From Phoronis australis (taxonomy: Eukaryota; Animalia; Phoronida), in assembly GCA_002633005.1 (NCBI GenBank), contig NMRA01000071.1, forward strand, positions 823,463-887,462: DNA of 64,000 nucleotides, in the 5' to 3' direction. A model generated the notes under the pieces. That model did not search any database, was not told the origin of the DNA, and saw only the letters and a list, made by a program, of their open reading frames with translations. A program made the position numbers and the translations under genes. Shown in pieces: positions 1-10,722 of this stretch (within the stretch, counting starts at the first letter, position 1; each line of letters opens with the position of its first letter).

Positions 1-233
1 CAAGTTCCTTCCAGGAAAGGAAATAAGCTATTGTCCACACATGACTTATTGCCTATGAAAGGGCATCCTCACCAACGAGGATGACTTGTGTAGCTGTCAG
101 ATATAGTTCCTCTTCATACACAAACAATCCACTGGCACGTTGTCTTATGGTAACTTCGCACTGCGATTCACATTTCTCCAGGGCCACTGACTTGTACATT
201 GTGCCATGCAGCACTGCTGATGTGTAGAAAGCT
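1..233 (-). pseudogene. Degenerate YqaJ-like (lambda-exonuclease fold) domain, probably transposon-derived
   Basis: AVLHGTMYKSVALEKCE...SGLFVYEEELYLTATQVILVGED resembles the YqaJ pattern HG..YE..A...SGL.....YL.ASPDGL. The PD motif is lost and there is an in-frame stop. Confidence 0.5.
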
Positions 234-3200
234 GTGGGAAGAGAAAGGAGTAACAAAGCTTGTCTATGTTGCGGCTTGAAGTGGCCTTAAAATGTCACTG
301 AACTTGGAACAAATATTGAAATATGAATAATTAAGTACTCCAGGTTGGGTCAAAAATGCTACCCCTGTTTTTAAAAATATGATATGGTGACTGCTCTACA
401 ATTTCACACAAAATTGAACAATTACTATTTTCAGAAAGCAAGGGTGTATATAATAAGTAGTGCATAAAACTGCATCATTGTTTTCATTTGTAGCCATAAC
501 AATTCTTTACACTTGTCTGCAAAATATGGAAGTTTTTGAGACAACTTCAAACCTTTATTACCCATTTTCAAGCCTTTATATTTTGATACTTTCAGCATTT
601 TTATACTCCGATTACAGATTCATGGGCCAGTCAAGCATACTTCTAGTCTGAGGGAACCGTTTCCCAGACTTTATTTTTTTCTAATAGAAGATATGAAGAC
701 TTGGGTCATTTAAAAAATGATTTATAATCTTTCTGTTGTTTAAGAGTTCACCATCAAAAATGCAATTTTCACAAAAATGGCTGTCTTGAATTTATAAACG
801 ACTTGCAACATTTCAAGGCATGAGTTAAGACTATTCATTCAATGAGAATTCAGAAAAAATATATTTTTATGCTTTTATGATTGATAGCAAAACAGTTTCA
901 TGAAATAAACTTGAAGGAACTTCATGAAGGTTAAGAATTACCTCACCATGCTATTTCCCCCAGACACTATTACCTGTTATTTCCAAACATTCAGTTGCAC
1001 CAAATTTTACAACCCCAACCCCCTATGCCAATCCCGCTTAACGACTGAATGAGTATATCAAAACGATTAACATACCTTTCTTTAAATGTAGCTGTTCCTT
1101 TTCAGAGGCTTTGCTCGTTGTCTCCGATATAGAAAGTAGGCTCTGACAACAGATCTGCACTGGATGGGAAGATCTTGCTGGTTAGCTGCAGTCATCTGCT
1201 TAAAACAAATTTTTGTCCATTCAGGGATGGTACTGAAGCGATGCATATCTCCTCTGCACGGTACAAGCCCTCAAACCTATAAACCAAAGGTCATGTGAAA
1301 ACAGATAGATTTCCATTTCAACGTGTAGTACATTTCCAGAAGACACAAGATAGGGAGTAAACAAATAGTCTAATGGATATTTGCCACATACCCTTTGACA
1401 TGGCATTGGACTTGGATTGTAATCTTAACTCACAAACTAATATCGAGTTAACAGCATAAACATTCAGCATTTGTTGATGTAACTGTCACTGCAGATAAAC
1501 ATGTTAGAAATCAATCCAAACAATAATACTGCTTTGATGTACGAAAAGATCCCGAGTTCTACATCAAGTATCGTAACACACATCACAACAAAGATCAACC
1601 ACACTGGCAACTGCCACGAAGTTGACATCGGTGAGTACCTCTGTTAACAGGCATCAGTAGAATAAACATGGAAAAATCGTTAAAATAATCACAAACCTTA
1701 CCTTTGTATAAGGTCGTGCCTACTTCCTCTCATAGAGGCACCCTTTTCACGCAATCTCTGATTCCGTTGGCGCGACTGCAAACCATTTCACCATGTATTT
1801 AAAGGGCTCGCGAAATTGAGGCTGTTAATCTATCACCTCTAGTACACACGCGCCCTCTAGTTAATGTAAATTTTCCGAATAGCCCCATTAGAAAACTATG
1901 GACTTTACAAACCATTTAACATATACAAGAAATTGTGATGTTTGTAAATGTTAAACTGCTGTGTAAGCAGTGAAGCTGAGTAGCCTATTATGTGAGGTAT
2001 ACTCAGTTAAATTACAAAATTCTTAACTACTAAGCAGACAATAGACCAAACTTTTGACTATAAGTATGTACTAAACTAGCCCAAATCACACTCAGGTTGA
2101 CTTTATGTATGTACTACACTAGCCCACTGTACCACATCACACTGGTTTCATATTCACAAATGCTATATCCTTTGCTCACATTCTCATTGAAAAAGACCAA
2201 AATCAGCCCGTTGAAAATTCCAAAAGGTTGTAAGTTTTTAAAAAGTCAGTACTTCAATACTAAAATGTATATTTCAAATATCAAACATGTTTCTGCATCA
2301 TAAGGCCAGATACATCAAAAATCGTAGTATTCCTAACTTTAAGATGTCTCAATGGTCTTGCAAAGTTGACAGCATTTTTACTGAAGTAAGTGTCGAAAAA
2401 GCCATTTTAGCAGGATCAGCAAGAAAACGAAAATGAGGCTGGTGTCAAAAAAACAAAGGTGACTTAGTGCATGTCTAGGGTTAGACCAAGTCCTCATAGA
2501 ACTTCAGGAGAATCTGTGACTGTTGATGTAGAACCACCCGTAGGTGCTTTCAGAAATTGATACTTAGTCATTCATGTTTTACCAATTATTAATTAAACCA
2601 ATAAATACAATTGGTCTTTGTTATGTAGTTTGAATCATTTACAATAGGTGACTTGAGTCATAACATGAAGATGGACTAATGTCTGAGTGGCCACTGGCCA
2701 GTCCAGTTTAAACACTTAAGCTCTCGTGAAGTGACCAATCGCCAAAATTTTGACTGATGGCTTAACTGAGCTATCGCCTGTGCACGTCTGGCACAACGTG
2801 TATCAGACCGCCTGCAATTATTTTTTATAACTGACCTATCAGAGTGCAGCATTCTTGGCCCACCTTTGTCTGCGTTTCCGAGCGGCCATTTTACCCGTCA
2901 AAGAACACTTTCTCGAGTAAATCTTATTTTAGTCTATAACAGTATACTCAAGAAATTGTGCGATGAGAATCATGATGGTGGTATTTCTATGTCGTGTGTA
3001 ATTCTGACAGCCATTATGCAGCTCGAGAAGCAATCCCATCATTTTTTGGCCAATTGCGTGCATTAGTTTGACTTGGACAGAGCCCTAGATCTGCCGTAGC
3101 TTACTGCTTGCCTTGGACAAGATGAGTGTGTACCTGATTATGAAGTACAACCTTATTTTTAATCAAAATATTGTAAAAGCACAAGCAGTTCTGTCGACTC

Positions 3201-4870
3201 CACCTACCTTAATTGGGGAATACCAATCTCGTGACCTACTTTTCATTTGGCGTAATTTCCTAGACGGCAGAGTAAAAAGTATACAGGTGAATATTCATTG
3301 TTTGTGTTCAAAATATATCCTGAAATCTATGTCATTAAGGTACATATCCAGCTTTATATGTCATGTGATCATATTGCATTTAGTAGCTCTGTCATTTCTC
3401 AAGAGAATTGGTGATCTGTGTGGGGTTTTTCGAAATAGTTTTCCTCGAATGCTTATTTTTTCATGTCGCCTTTACAAACTGCCACATCGTAAGGTTGTTT
3501 TGTCGAAGCTGTTTTGGATAGTCCAAAAACACTTGTTGATTCTTTCAAGAATGTCATTCAGTAATAATGTATTTGCTTCCGATATCTTGTTTGTTTGTCA
3601 AGTGCCATGCAACTTTTTGCAAGGGGGCCGAGCTTGTGGTTGGTCAATTGTTGTTTCCCTATGCACTCACCAGCGTAAAACAGTAAATTTTCATAGCATT
3701 CTCGATAACACAAGACATTAGTTTGGTTGTAAACAATGTCTCATTTACATTGCTGCCTTGAGCATTAAACACCACATTGATTCAACCTATGACTGCCACC
3801 TATTGGTCAGGAGTGACTATCAACTGAGGCTGTTGTAAGGTTCAAAATATTGCTTTCAAGCTAGCATGTCTTAAACAGAATTTACTTCTCTGATTTAATC
3901 ATCTCGACAAACATTCTATTCTTAATGTCATAGTCACACAACTATTATTTTAAATGCCTGGATTAAGAAGTTTACTCCAATAATTCAACTGTGTTAGACT
4001 GACGTATAAATCTTGTTCTTGAATCGTAACATGCTGTGAAGACAAGTACAAAATGATTTTCGGCTCCGATACAGTCATTTGGACAGAACAGAAGCACACA
4101 GCATTTAGCATCAAGATTATGTCTCACTGAAATGCACGTCTTGCATAATCATGAAATAAAGAGTCTCCAGAGAGGAAACTAAGTTGAACCATGCAGTTAC
4201 GTGTTGCATCACTGGCCCATTGAACGCTGGCAAAATTTGAAACTTTGGATATGCTATAACACAATGCATGTAGGCAAGTCTATCCATAGTATTGTAGACT
4301 AATAGGTCACGACTCAATGAAGCCAGAATTATGTTCAGTGAAACTATGTTCAGTAAATGATGTTGATTTCTTGTTTTCCTACCTCGCATAAAGTGCATAA
4401 ATCATGCATTTTTGTATTTAATGCTCCATACTAGCCACACAGTTGAGTGGCATTGCTTGAAAACAGGTTATCAACGTATACTGCTTACCTTTCTGTCTTG
4501 TGTTTCTTGGAATCCTTGCTAGTTACACTTTCAGTTTGTACTCCTCTCAGTTGTTGTTACAAGTAATGTTTACATTCTTTGCATCTCCAATTGCATCTTG
4601 GCATAAAATCAAACCATTAATACGTGATATGTTTATTTTTAGTAAATGGTTACTTACTGCAATTGAAATAGTCCTGTACACCCTGTGCTGTGTCCCACAG
4701 TTCTACACAATGTCTTTGTTATCAGCTAGACACAGGCCTATGGTAAAAAAATCAAGTATTACCCGGTTTTCTATACTTGCCTGGCATTTGCATTGTATGT
4801 GGTCTTGTGAAACTGTATACATTATTGATCATTGGCTTTTATTAGCATGCTTACTTGTGACACATCTTGT

Positions 4871-4969
4871 AATGCATTTAGTAAACATTGTGCTGTATAC
4901 AGGCATAAAAACATTTTGAAATGCATTTAGTAAACATTGTGCTGTATACAGGCATAAAAACATTTTGAA
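4871..4969. repeat. Perfect ~49-bp tandem duplication
   Basis: aatgcatttagtaaacattgtgctgtatacaggcataaaaacattttga twice. Confidence 0.9.
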
Positions 4970-5247
4970 AAGATTCATTGATATATTTTGCTTTTAACAT
5001 AGCCTTGTGTTAGAGCGAGAGTGGAAGGGGGGGGGGTGTAGGGGGATGGGCGTGGCGTGGTTCAGAGATGTGGCATTTACAGTGTCCTGAAAAATATTGC
5101 TGTTGTAAAAATAACTCTGGCATAAAATCAATTAGGTGCAAACTACATGATCTTCTAAGAGATGTCATAAAGTGGCTGAAAACTTGTTAGAAAATATTGT
5201 AGTGGTTAAACACCTATTAGAAAACATTGTGTGATTCTTGTTTGCAG

Positions 5248-5253
5248 ACAGAG
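5248..5253 (+). CDS. SIRT6: Candidate 6-nt SIRT6 microexon (Thr-Glu)
   Basis: ttcttgtttgcag|ACAGAG|gtatgg. In phase 0 it gives T-E before YVR, matching the conserved CxxC-x-T-Q-Y-V-R segment. Unproven. Confidence 0.3.
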
Positions 5254-5840
5254 GTATGGTCTGCCTGAGAATGTGAATATATTTTCATTGCTACACCAGA
5301 GATTGACTTCATAGTATTTAGTGCAGAAAGTGAACCATTATATCCAGACTTTAACTATAAAACAGAGCACTTAAGTGAAACATGAGCAGAAACATCTCTT
5401 CAAAAGTAAAAGAAAAAAACAAGAACAAATTCATACGATGATAACAGGAGAATAATATGTTATGTGAATATGACATTCTAAGTGTTCATGGTTGTGAGTT
5501 TAGCCAACGGGCTATGTTGACTTAAAAGGCCATTAAAAGGCTCTGGAACATTTTCTAATTTTGGCCAAATTTTTGTATCCATTGGACTTTATTTTAGAAG
5601 TCCATGCCATGTAAGTAAGAATATCACTGAATCATTCACTTGGTTGCTAAGTCTTCTTCTAGTGCCCTAGGTGGCGGATTAGACTTTGAATTTCATTTTC
5701 TGTAGCAATTAAATTGTTTTGCATGCAGAGTAGAAGTTGTTGCCTTTACTCAACCAAATCCGTTAGAGTGCCTTAAAAACTCTTGAATTCCAGTTTTTAA
5801 GAGGTGTAAGACTCAAACTTGAATATAGTGGCCAAAAACC

Positions 5841-5997
5841 CACTACAGCCACACACAACACCATCACTACAGCCATACACAACACCATGACTACAGCCAT
5901 ACACAACACCATCACTACAGCCATACACAACACCATGACTACAGCCACACACAACACCATCACTACAGCCACACACAACACCATGACTATACAGCCA
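5841..5997. repeat. 24-bp minisatellite, block 1
   Basis: (CACTACAGCCACACACAACACCAT)n, ~6.5 copies. Confidence 0.95.
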
Positions 5998-7092
5998 CCC
6001 ATACGAAAAAGAAAGTGAGAATCTCACTGGATTCCAGTTAGATTCCAGTTAGATTCTCACTAAATCACCAATTATAGTTAGAAATGCCAGTGAGAACCCA
6101 GTGGGAATTGAACAACAGGGGCAGTCAGTGAGATTGAGTGAGAAAATGTTATGTAACAGTGAGAATCCAGTGAGAATTTTGGTCTTACAAAAATTCTGAG
6201 TGAGAATCAGTGAGAATTTCAGACTTAGGAAAAATCTGAGTGAGAATTGAGTGAGAATTTGGACTTGCCAAAATTGGAGTGAGAATTCAGTGAGAATCTG
6301 AGATAAACAAACACCCTGATTGGCTGTAACTGTAGAAATTTCAGTTGAACCAGATTTCTGAATTCAAACTAAAATGGCTTCAGGAATGAGCAGTTGGAGA
6401 AATGGCTTGAAGATTGTTGATGTTTTTCTCACAAATATTCTGAAATTACTGAACAGTTTGTCTGCAAGTCAACCACAGGTGATCCTGGACTGATTTTGCG
6501 TGTTAATAAACTTAAGGTTAGTACATTTCATACATGTAGTAGAGTGCATGAAGCACCAGTATTAGGCTGATGTCTTCATTCTGTGCATGTTGACAGCTGA
6601 GTTTTCAGTATTTTGCTGATTCACCAAAGGCATTATAGTTATTATTTTATGTCTGCTATATTTCACAATTAGCAATTATTAAATTGTATCCTTAGTCAAA
6701 GTTCAAGATAAACTCACAAAAATAAGCAGTGTTTTGGTTACCAAAAAGGTTTGATCTCGATTCTATTCAGTCAGTGGCTGAAAAGGCACACAAAATTTTC
6801 TAAGTTCAAAATTCTCACCCAGTGAGATTTTCAGTGAGAATTTCATTAACACAAATTCTCACTAATTTGCATAGCATTCCTATTGAGTGAGAATTTCAGT
6901 AAGACAAATTCTCACTGAGTGGGAATGCTATGCAAATTAGTTAGATTCTCACTGAATTCTAACTGGAATATCACTGTATTCTCACTAGAGTGAGATTTTT
7001 TTTCTCACTAATTTAAATGGCATCTTAATTAGTTAGATTCTCACTGGAATCTAACTGGAATCCAGTGAGATTCTCACTGGCTTTCGGGATTA
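5998..7092. mobile_element. Foldback/MITE-like element with inverted termini and many AGTGAGAAT subrepeats
   Basis: Left gtgagaatctcactggattccagttagattccag (~6015) is the reverse complement of right ctggaatctaactggaatccagtgagattctcac (~7044-7077). It lies between two blocks of the same 24-bp minisatellite. Confidence 0.75.
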
Positions 7093-7116
7093 GAATTTCC
7101 TGAAGCCAAAAAAGGG

Positions 7117-7520
7117 CACTCACAACACTGATCACTACAGCCACACACAACACCATAACTACAGCCACACACAACACCATCACTACAGCCACGCGCAACA
7201 CCATCACTACAGTCACACGCAACACCATCACTACAGCCACACACAACACCATCACTACAGCCACGCGCAACACCATCACTACAGTCACTCACAACACCAT
7301 CACTACAGCCATACACAACACCATCACTACAGCCACACACAACACCATCACTACAGCCACGCACAACACCATCACTACAGCCACACACAACACCATCACT
7401 ACAGTCACTCACAACACCATCACTACAGCCATACACAACACCATCACTACAGTCACTCACAACACCACCACTACAGCCACACACAACACCATCACTACAG
7501 CCACTCACAACACCATCACC
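7117..7520. repeat. 24-bp minisatellite, block 2
   Basis: Same unit and orientation as 5841-5997, ~16 copies. Confidence 0.95.
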
Positions 7521-7991
7521 TCCGTGTTGAAATACAGCACTGATGACATCATTCCCAGACACATTACACACTTGTTCACATGTTCACCACCCACCAGTAC
7601 TCTTATTAGGGAGACGATTCAACCACCCCATGCTGTCAAGTTCTCAAATATTTGGCTTTGGTGGTTGTCGGTGAATGATGCAGTGAGACAAGTTAATGTC
7701 GTCGACTTTTCATCTAGTGCGCCAGTCTCTTAAAATCGCATTTCCTTGACTGTTGATCAATTCTTAGGAGTATACCTTTAAAACTATCTCTAGTGTCGTT
7801 TTTGAAAAAAACGTTTTGTTGTGATGTTTTGGAATGGGACCCTTTGTTGTCATGGCATTCCTATTTAGACATGTTTAAAGACTGGCAAAACTCGGTCTTG
7901 GTTTATTTCAGTTTGAAGTGTGCGATTTTTGCTTGACCTAATGAGTGCTGTCTGATGTTTCACAAGCTGATGTTCATTTGTTGTATTGCAG

Positions 7992-10722
7992 TACGTGCGT
8001 TCTCATGCAGTGTCCACTATGGGTCTGAAGTATACAGGAAATGTATGTAACCAGGGCAAGTCAAGGGGGCGGTGCAGGTGAGTCAATACTTAATCATCTG
8101 TGTCATTGTGATTGTCACTGACAACAGATATGAGGTGATGGATTCGTCACTTGGTGAACGACAGATAACTTACGTAGTACTCTTAAGCCATGTACAGCAC
8201 CTAGCAGGTCAAGAATTCAAAGTATAAAACTTAAGACTAGAATACAATCATCTAAGCGTGACAGGCAGTTGTGGTGTGGCTGCTATTGACTTGCTCGCAT
8301 GTTGATGTATTTTTAATATAAAGGCACATGCGACCTATTTACAAACAGTGTCACACAGCACCATCTTGCTTATAGTTGTGTGTGAAATACACTCATGCGA
8401 CCTATTTACAAACAGTGTCACACAGCACCATCTTGCTTATAGTTGTGTGTGAAAAACACTCATGCGACCTATTTACAAACAGTGTCACACAGCACCATCT
8501 TGCTTATAGTTGTGTGTGAAATACACTCATGCAACCTATTTGCAAACAGTGTCACACAGCACCATCTTGCTTATAGTTGTGTGTGAAATACACTCATGCA
8601 ACCTATTTACAAACAGTGTCACACAGCACCATCTTGCTTATAGTTGTGTGTGAAATACACTCATGCGACCTATTTACAAACAGTGTCACACAGCACCATC
8701 TTGCTTATAGTTGTGTGTGAAATACACTCATGGGACCTATTTACAAACTGTCACACAGCACCATCTTGCTTATAGTTGTGTGTGAAATACACACATGCGA
8801 CCTATTTACAAAGAGTGTCACACAGCACCATCTTGCTTATAGCTGTGTGTGAAATACACTCATGCTTTTCAAGGGTAGTGAATACCCTCATGAACAAGAT
8901 TCACACTTTGCTTTAAAGTATTATATACCTGTACCCACTCAGTAGTCACAAGGCTTGTGTTGGTCCGACACTTCAGTTAGAGGTATATACCTGCACCCAC
9001 TCAGTAGTCACAAAACGTGTTGGTCTGACACTTCAGTTTGAGGTATATACCTGTATCCACTCAGTAATTACAAGGGTTGTGTCAGTCAGATGAACGTCGT
9101 TGAGGTTGTGCCTCTATTGAATGTTGACAGTTCAGTTAAGTGCTTTAATATGTATCCACTGAGGACTTTTTTGTTTCAATATTTACATAATTGTATAGGT
9201 ATTGTCAGTTGGTCTGTTCAGTGGTTTCCTCAGTGTTGTTACATAAAAGCGGTGGTGTGTTTCAGAGGTTGTCTTAGAGACACCATACTTAGTCATTGAC
9301 AATAATTGTGTTGTTGTGTTTCAGAGGTCGTCTACGCGACACCATACTTAGTCATTGACAATAATTGTGTTGTTGTGTTTCAGAGGTCGTCTACGCGACA
9401 CCATACTAGACTGGGAAGATGAGCTGCCTGAGGTTGACCTGAAGCTCGCTGAACTTCACTCAAAGTATGTGACGTGTCATCAGTATGTGACGTGTCATTT
9501 TTCGTGAGTCATGTAACAAATAATTGAACAAAAGGGCACAGAATTCAGTGTCAAGGTTACAAACAAGTGAATACAGTGTTTACTACATTGACTGGACTAT
9601 CATTACTTGATTCAACAATCTAATTTGACATTCACATGATTACGACACGATTTCCACTCTCAGTATCTGCTGCAGTGTAGCTACTACTGTCTGAGATTTC
9701 ACAGATGACCTAAACTGGCAGTGGCGGTCAGCTTGTACTGCTGTGGTTAATAAACAGTATCTGGTTAGACCAGACCTTATACTTTACGTGGCTTTTCTGT
9801 TTTTTTATTGGTGGTTAACAGGTTTTTAAAAATTTACTTTCTTTTGATGTTGTATGGAGCCTAACATGTTAGGTCCAGCAGGGTATACCATGTATTGAAC
9901 TGAAATGTTAGGTCCAGCAGGGTATACCATGTATTGAACTGAAATGTTAGGTCCAGCAGGGTACACCATGTATTTAACTGAAATGTTAGGTCCAGCAGGG
10001 TATACCATGTATTGAACTGAAACAAGCATCATGATGGTTATTTTTATTCCAGAAAAAGTGATTTGAGTTTGACACTGGGGACCTCACTGCAAATTGTTCC
10101 TGCTGGGAACCTGCCACTGTCTGCCAAGCGCAACAAGGGCAAGTTAGTTGTGGTGAACTTACAACCTACAAAACACGATAAACGGGCCGATCTCAAAATA
10201 AACGCCTACGTGGACGACGTCATGATGAGATTGTGTTCGTTGCTGGGCATAGACATTCCCGACTATAGAGGGCATTCAATAGTTCTAGAGTCACGTCACA
10301 CTGGAGAGGATGATAAGGCAATGATTGGTGTGCGAGTGGTGGAGGGGATAGAGCCTGTTAGTGTTAAACGAGATTTGACTCAAATGGTGGGATCAGAGTA
10401 CCAAGGAGCCAAGGTTAAAAAAGCACAAGTGTCTGCTACTCATAATGGGGTCATCACATCGGAACTCGGAAGTGGAGAGAAAAAAAATTGTTGCATGTCA
10501 GTTGGGGAGGTATCACATTGCGAATTAGGGATCGGAGATGATACCTCCGTGGTTTGTGATCGTGCGGATATTGACAGCAATGTTGGTGGGCGTTCGGGTT
10601 CTGAACAACACCGTGGTCAAGTGGCACTCAAGTGTTGTGTTGACGGTAGAGAAGGACTGTCTGAACTACACGATGTGAAGACTTTGACCGAGACAGATAT
10701 GAACACCATTAAAGGGGAATAG
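7992..10722 (+). CDS. SIRT6: NAD-dependent protein deacylase sirtuin-6, 3' exons (5' exons not found in window)
   Basis: Exons 7992-8077 ([29 protein letters not shown]), 9384-9464 ([27 protein letters not shown]) and 10053-10722 ([21 protein letters not shown]...[26 protein letters not shown]...stop). Canonical AG/GT sites with matching phases. [16 protein letters not shown] and VNLQPTKHD are SIRT6 hallmarks. Confidence 0.95.
8325..8865. repeat. 67-bp minisatellite, ~8 copies (SIRT6 intron)
   Basis: catgcgacctatttacaaacagtgtcacacagcaccatcttgcttatagttgtgtgtgaaatacact with period 67. Confidence 0.95.
8922..9090. repeat. ~60-bp tandem repeat, ~3 copies
   Basis: tatatacctgtacccactcagtagtcacaa...gacacttcagtt repeated. 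Confidence 0.8.
9255..9407 (+). repeat. 59-bp tandem repeat containing the SIRT6 exon acceptor
   Basis: gtgtttcag|AGGT..ACACCATACT with AG ending at 9265, 9324 and 9383. Confidence 0.95.
9866..10022. repeat. 39-bp minisatellite, 4 copies
   Basis: atgttaggtccagcagggtataccatgtattgaactgaa repeated. Confidence 0.95.

Noticed and set aside
3113-3721. 202-aa ORF
   Set aside because: No recognisable domain, low-information composition and a non-ATG start; probably chance or repeat-derived.
5221-5253. Reading KTLCDSCLQTE as the SIRT6 CxxC exon
   Set aside because: An in-frame TAG lies immediately upstream, the ELHGNMF motif is absent and the spacing to YVR is off by one; the shorter microexon reading fits better.
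7025-7571. Cys/Val-rich ORFs (GCSDGVVC)n resembling metallothionein or keratin-associated proteins; also 5763-6027
   Set aside because: They are translations of a 24-bp minisatellite that is open in several frames, antisense within a SIRT6 intron, with no gene structure.
8325-8865. Regular repeats superficially like a CRISPR array (also 16060-16475 and 20528-20702)
   Set aside because: Head-to-tail units with no unique spacers, no cas genes, and a eukaryotic intron context.
9866-10022. 39-bp repeat next to the last SIRT6 acceptor as another junction-derived array
   Set aside because: It stops ~30 bp before the acceptor and shares only TCCAG with it.
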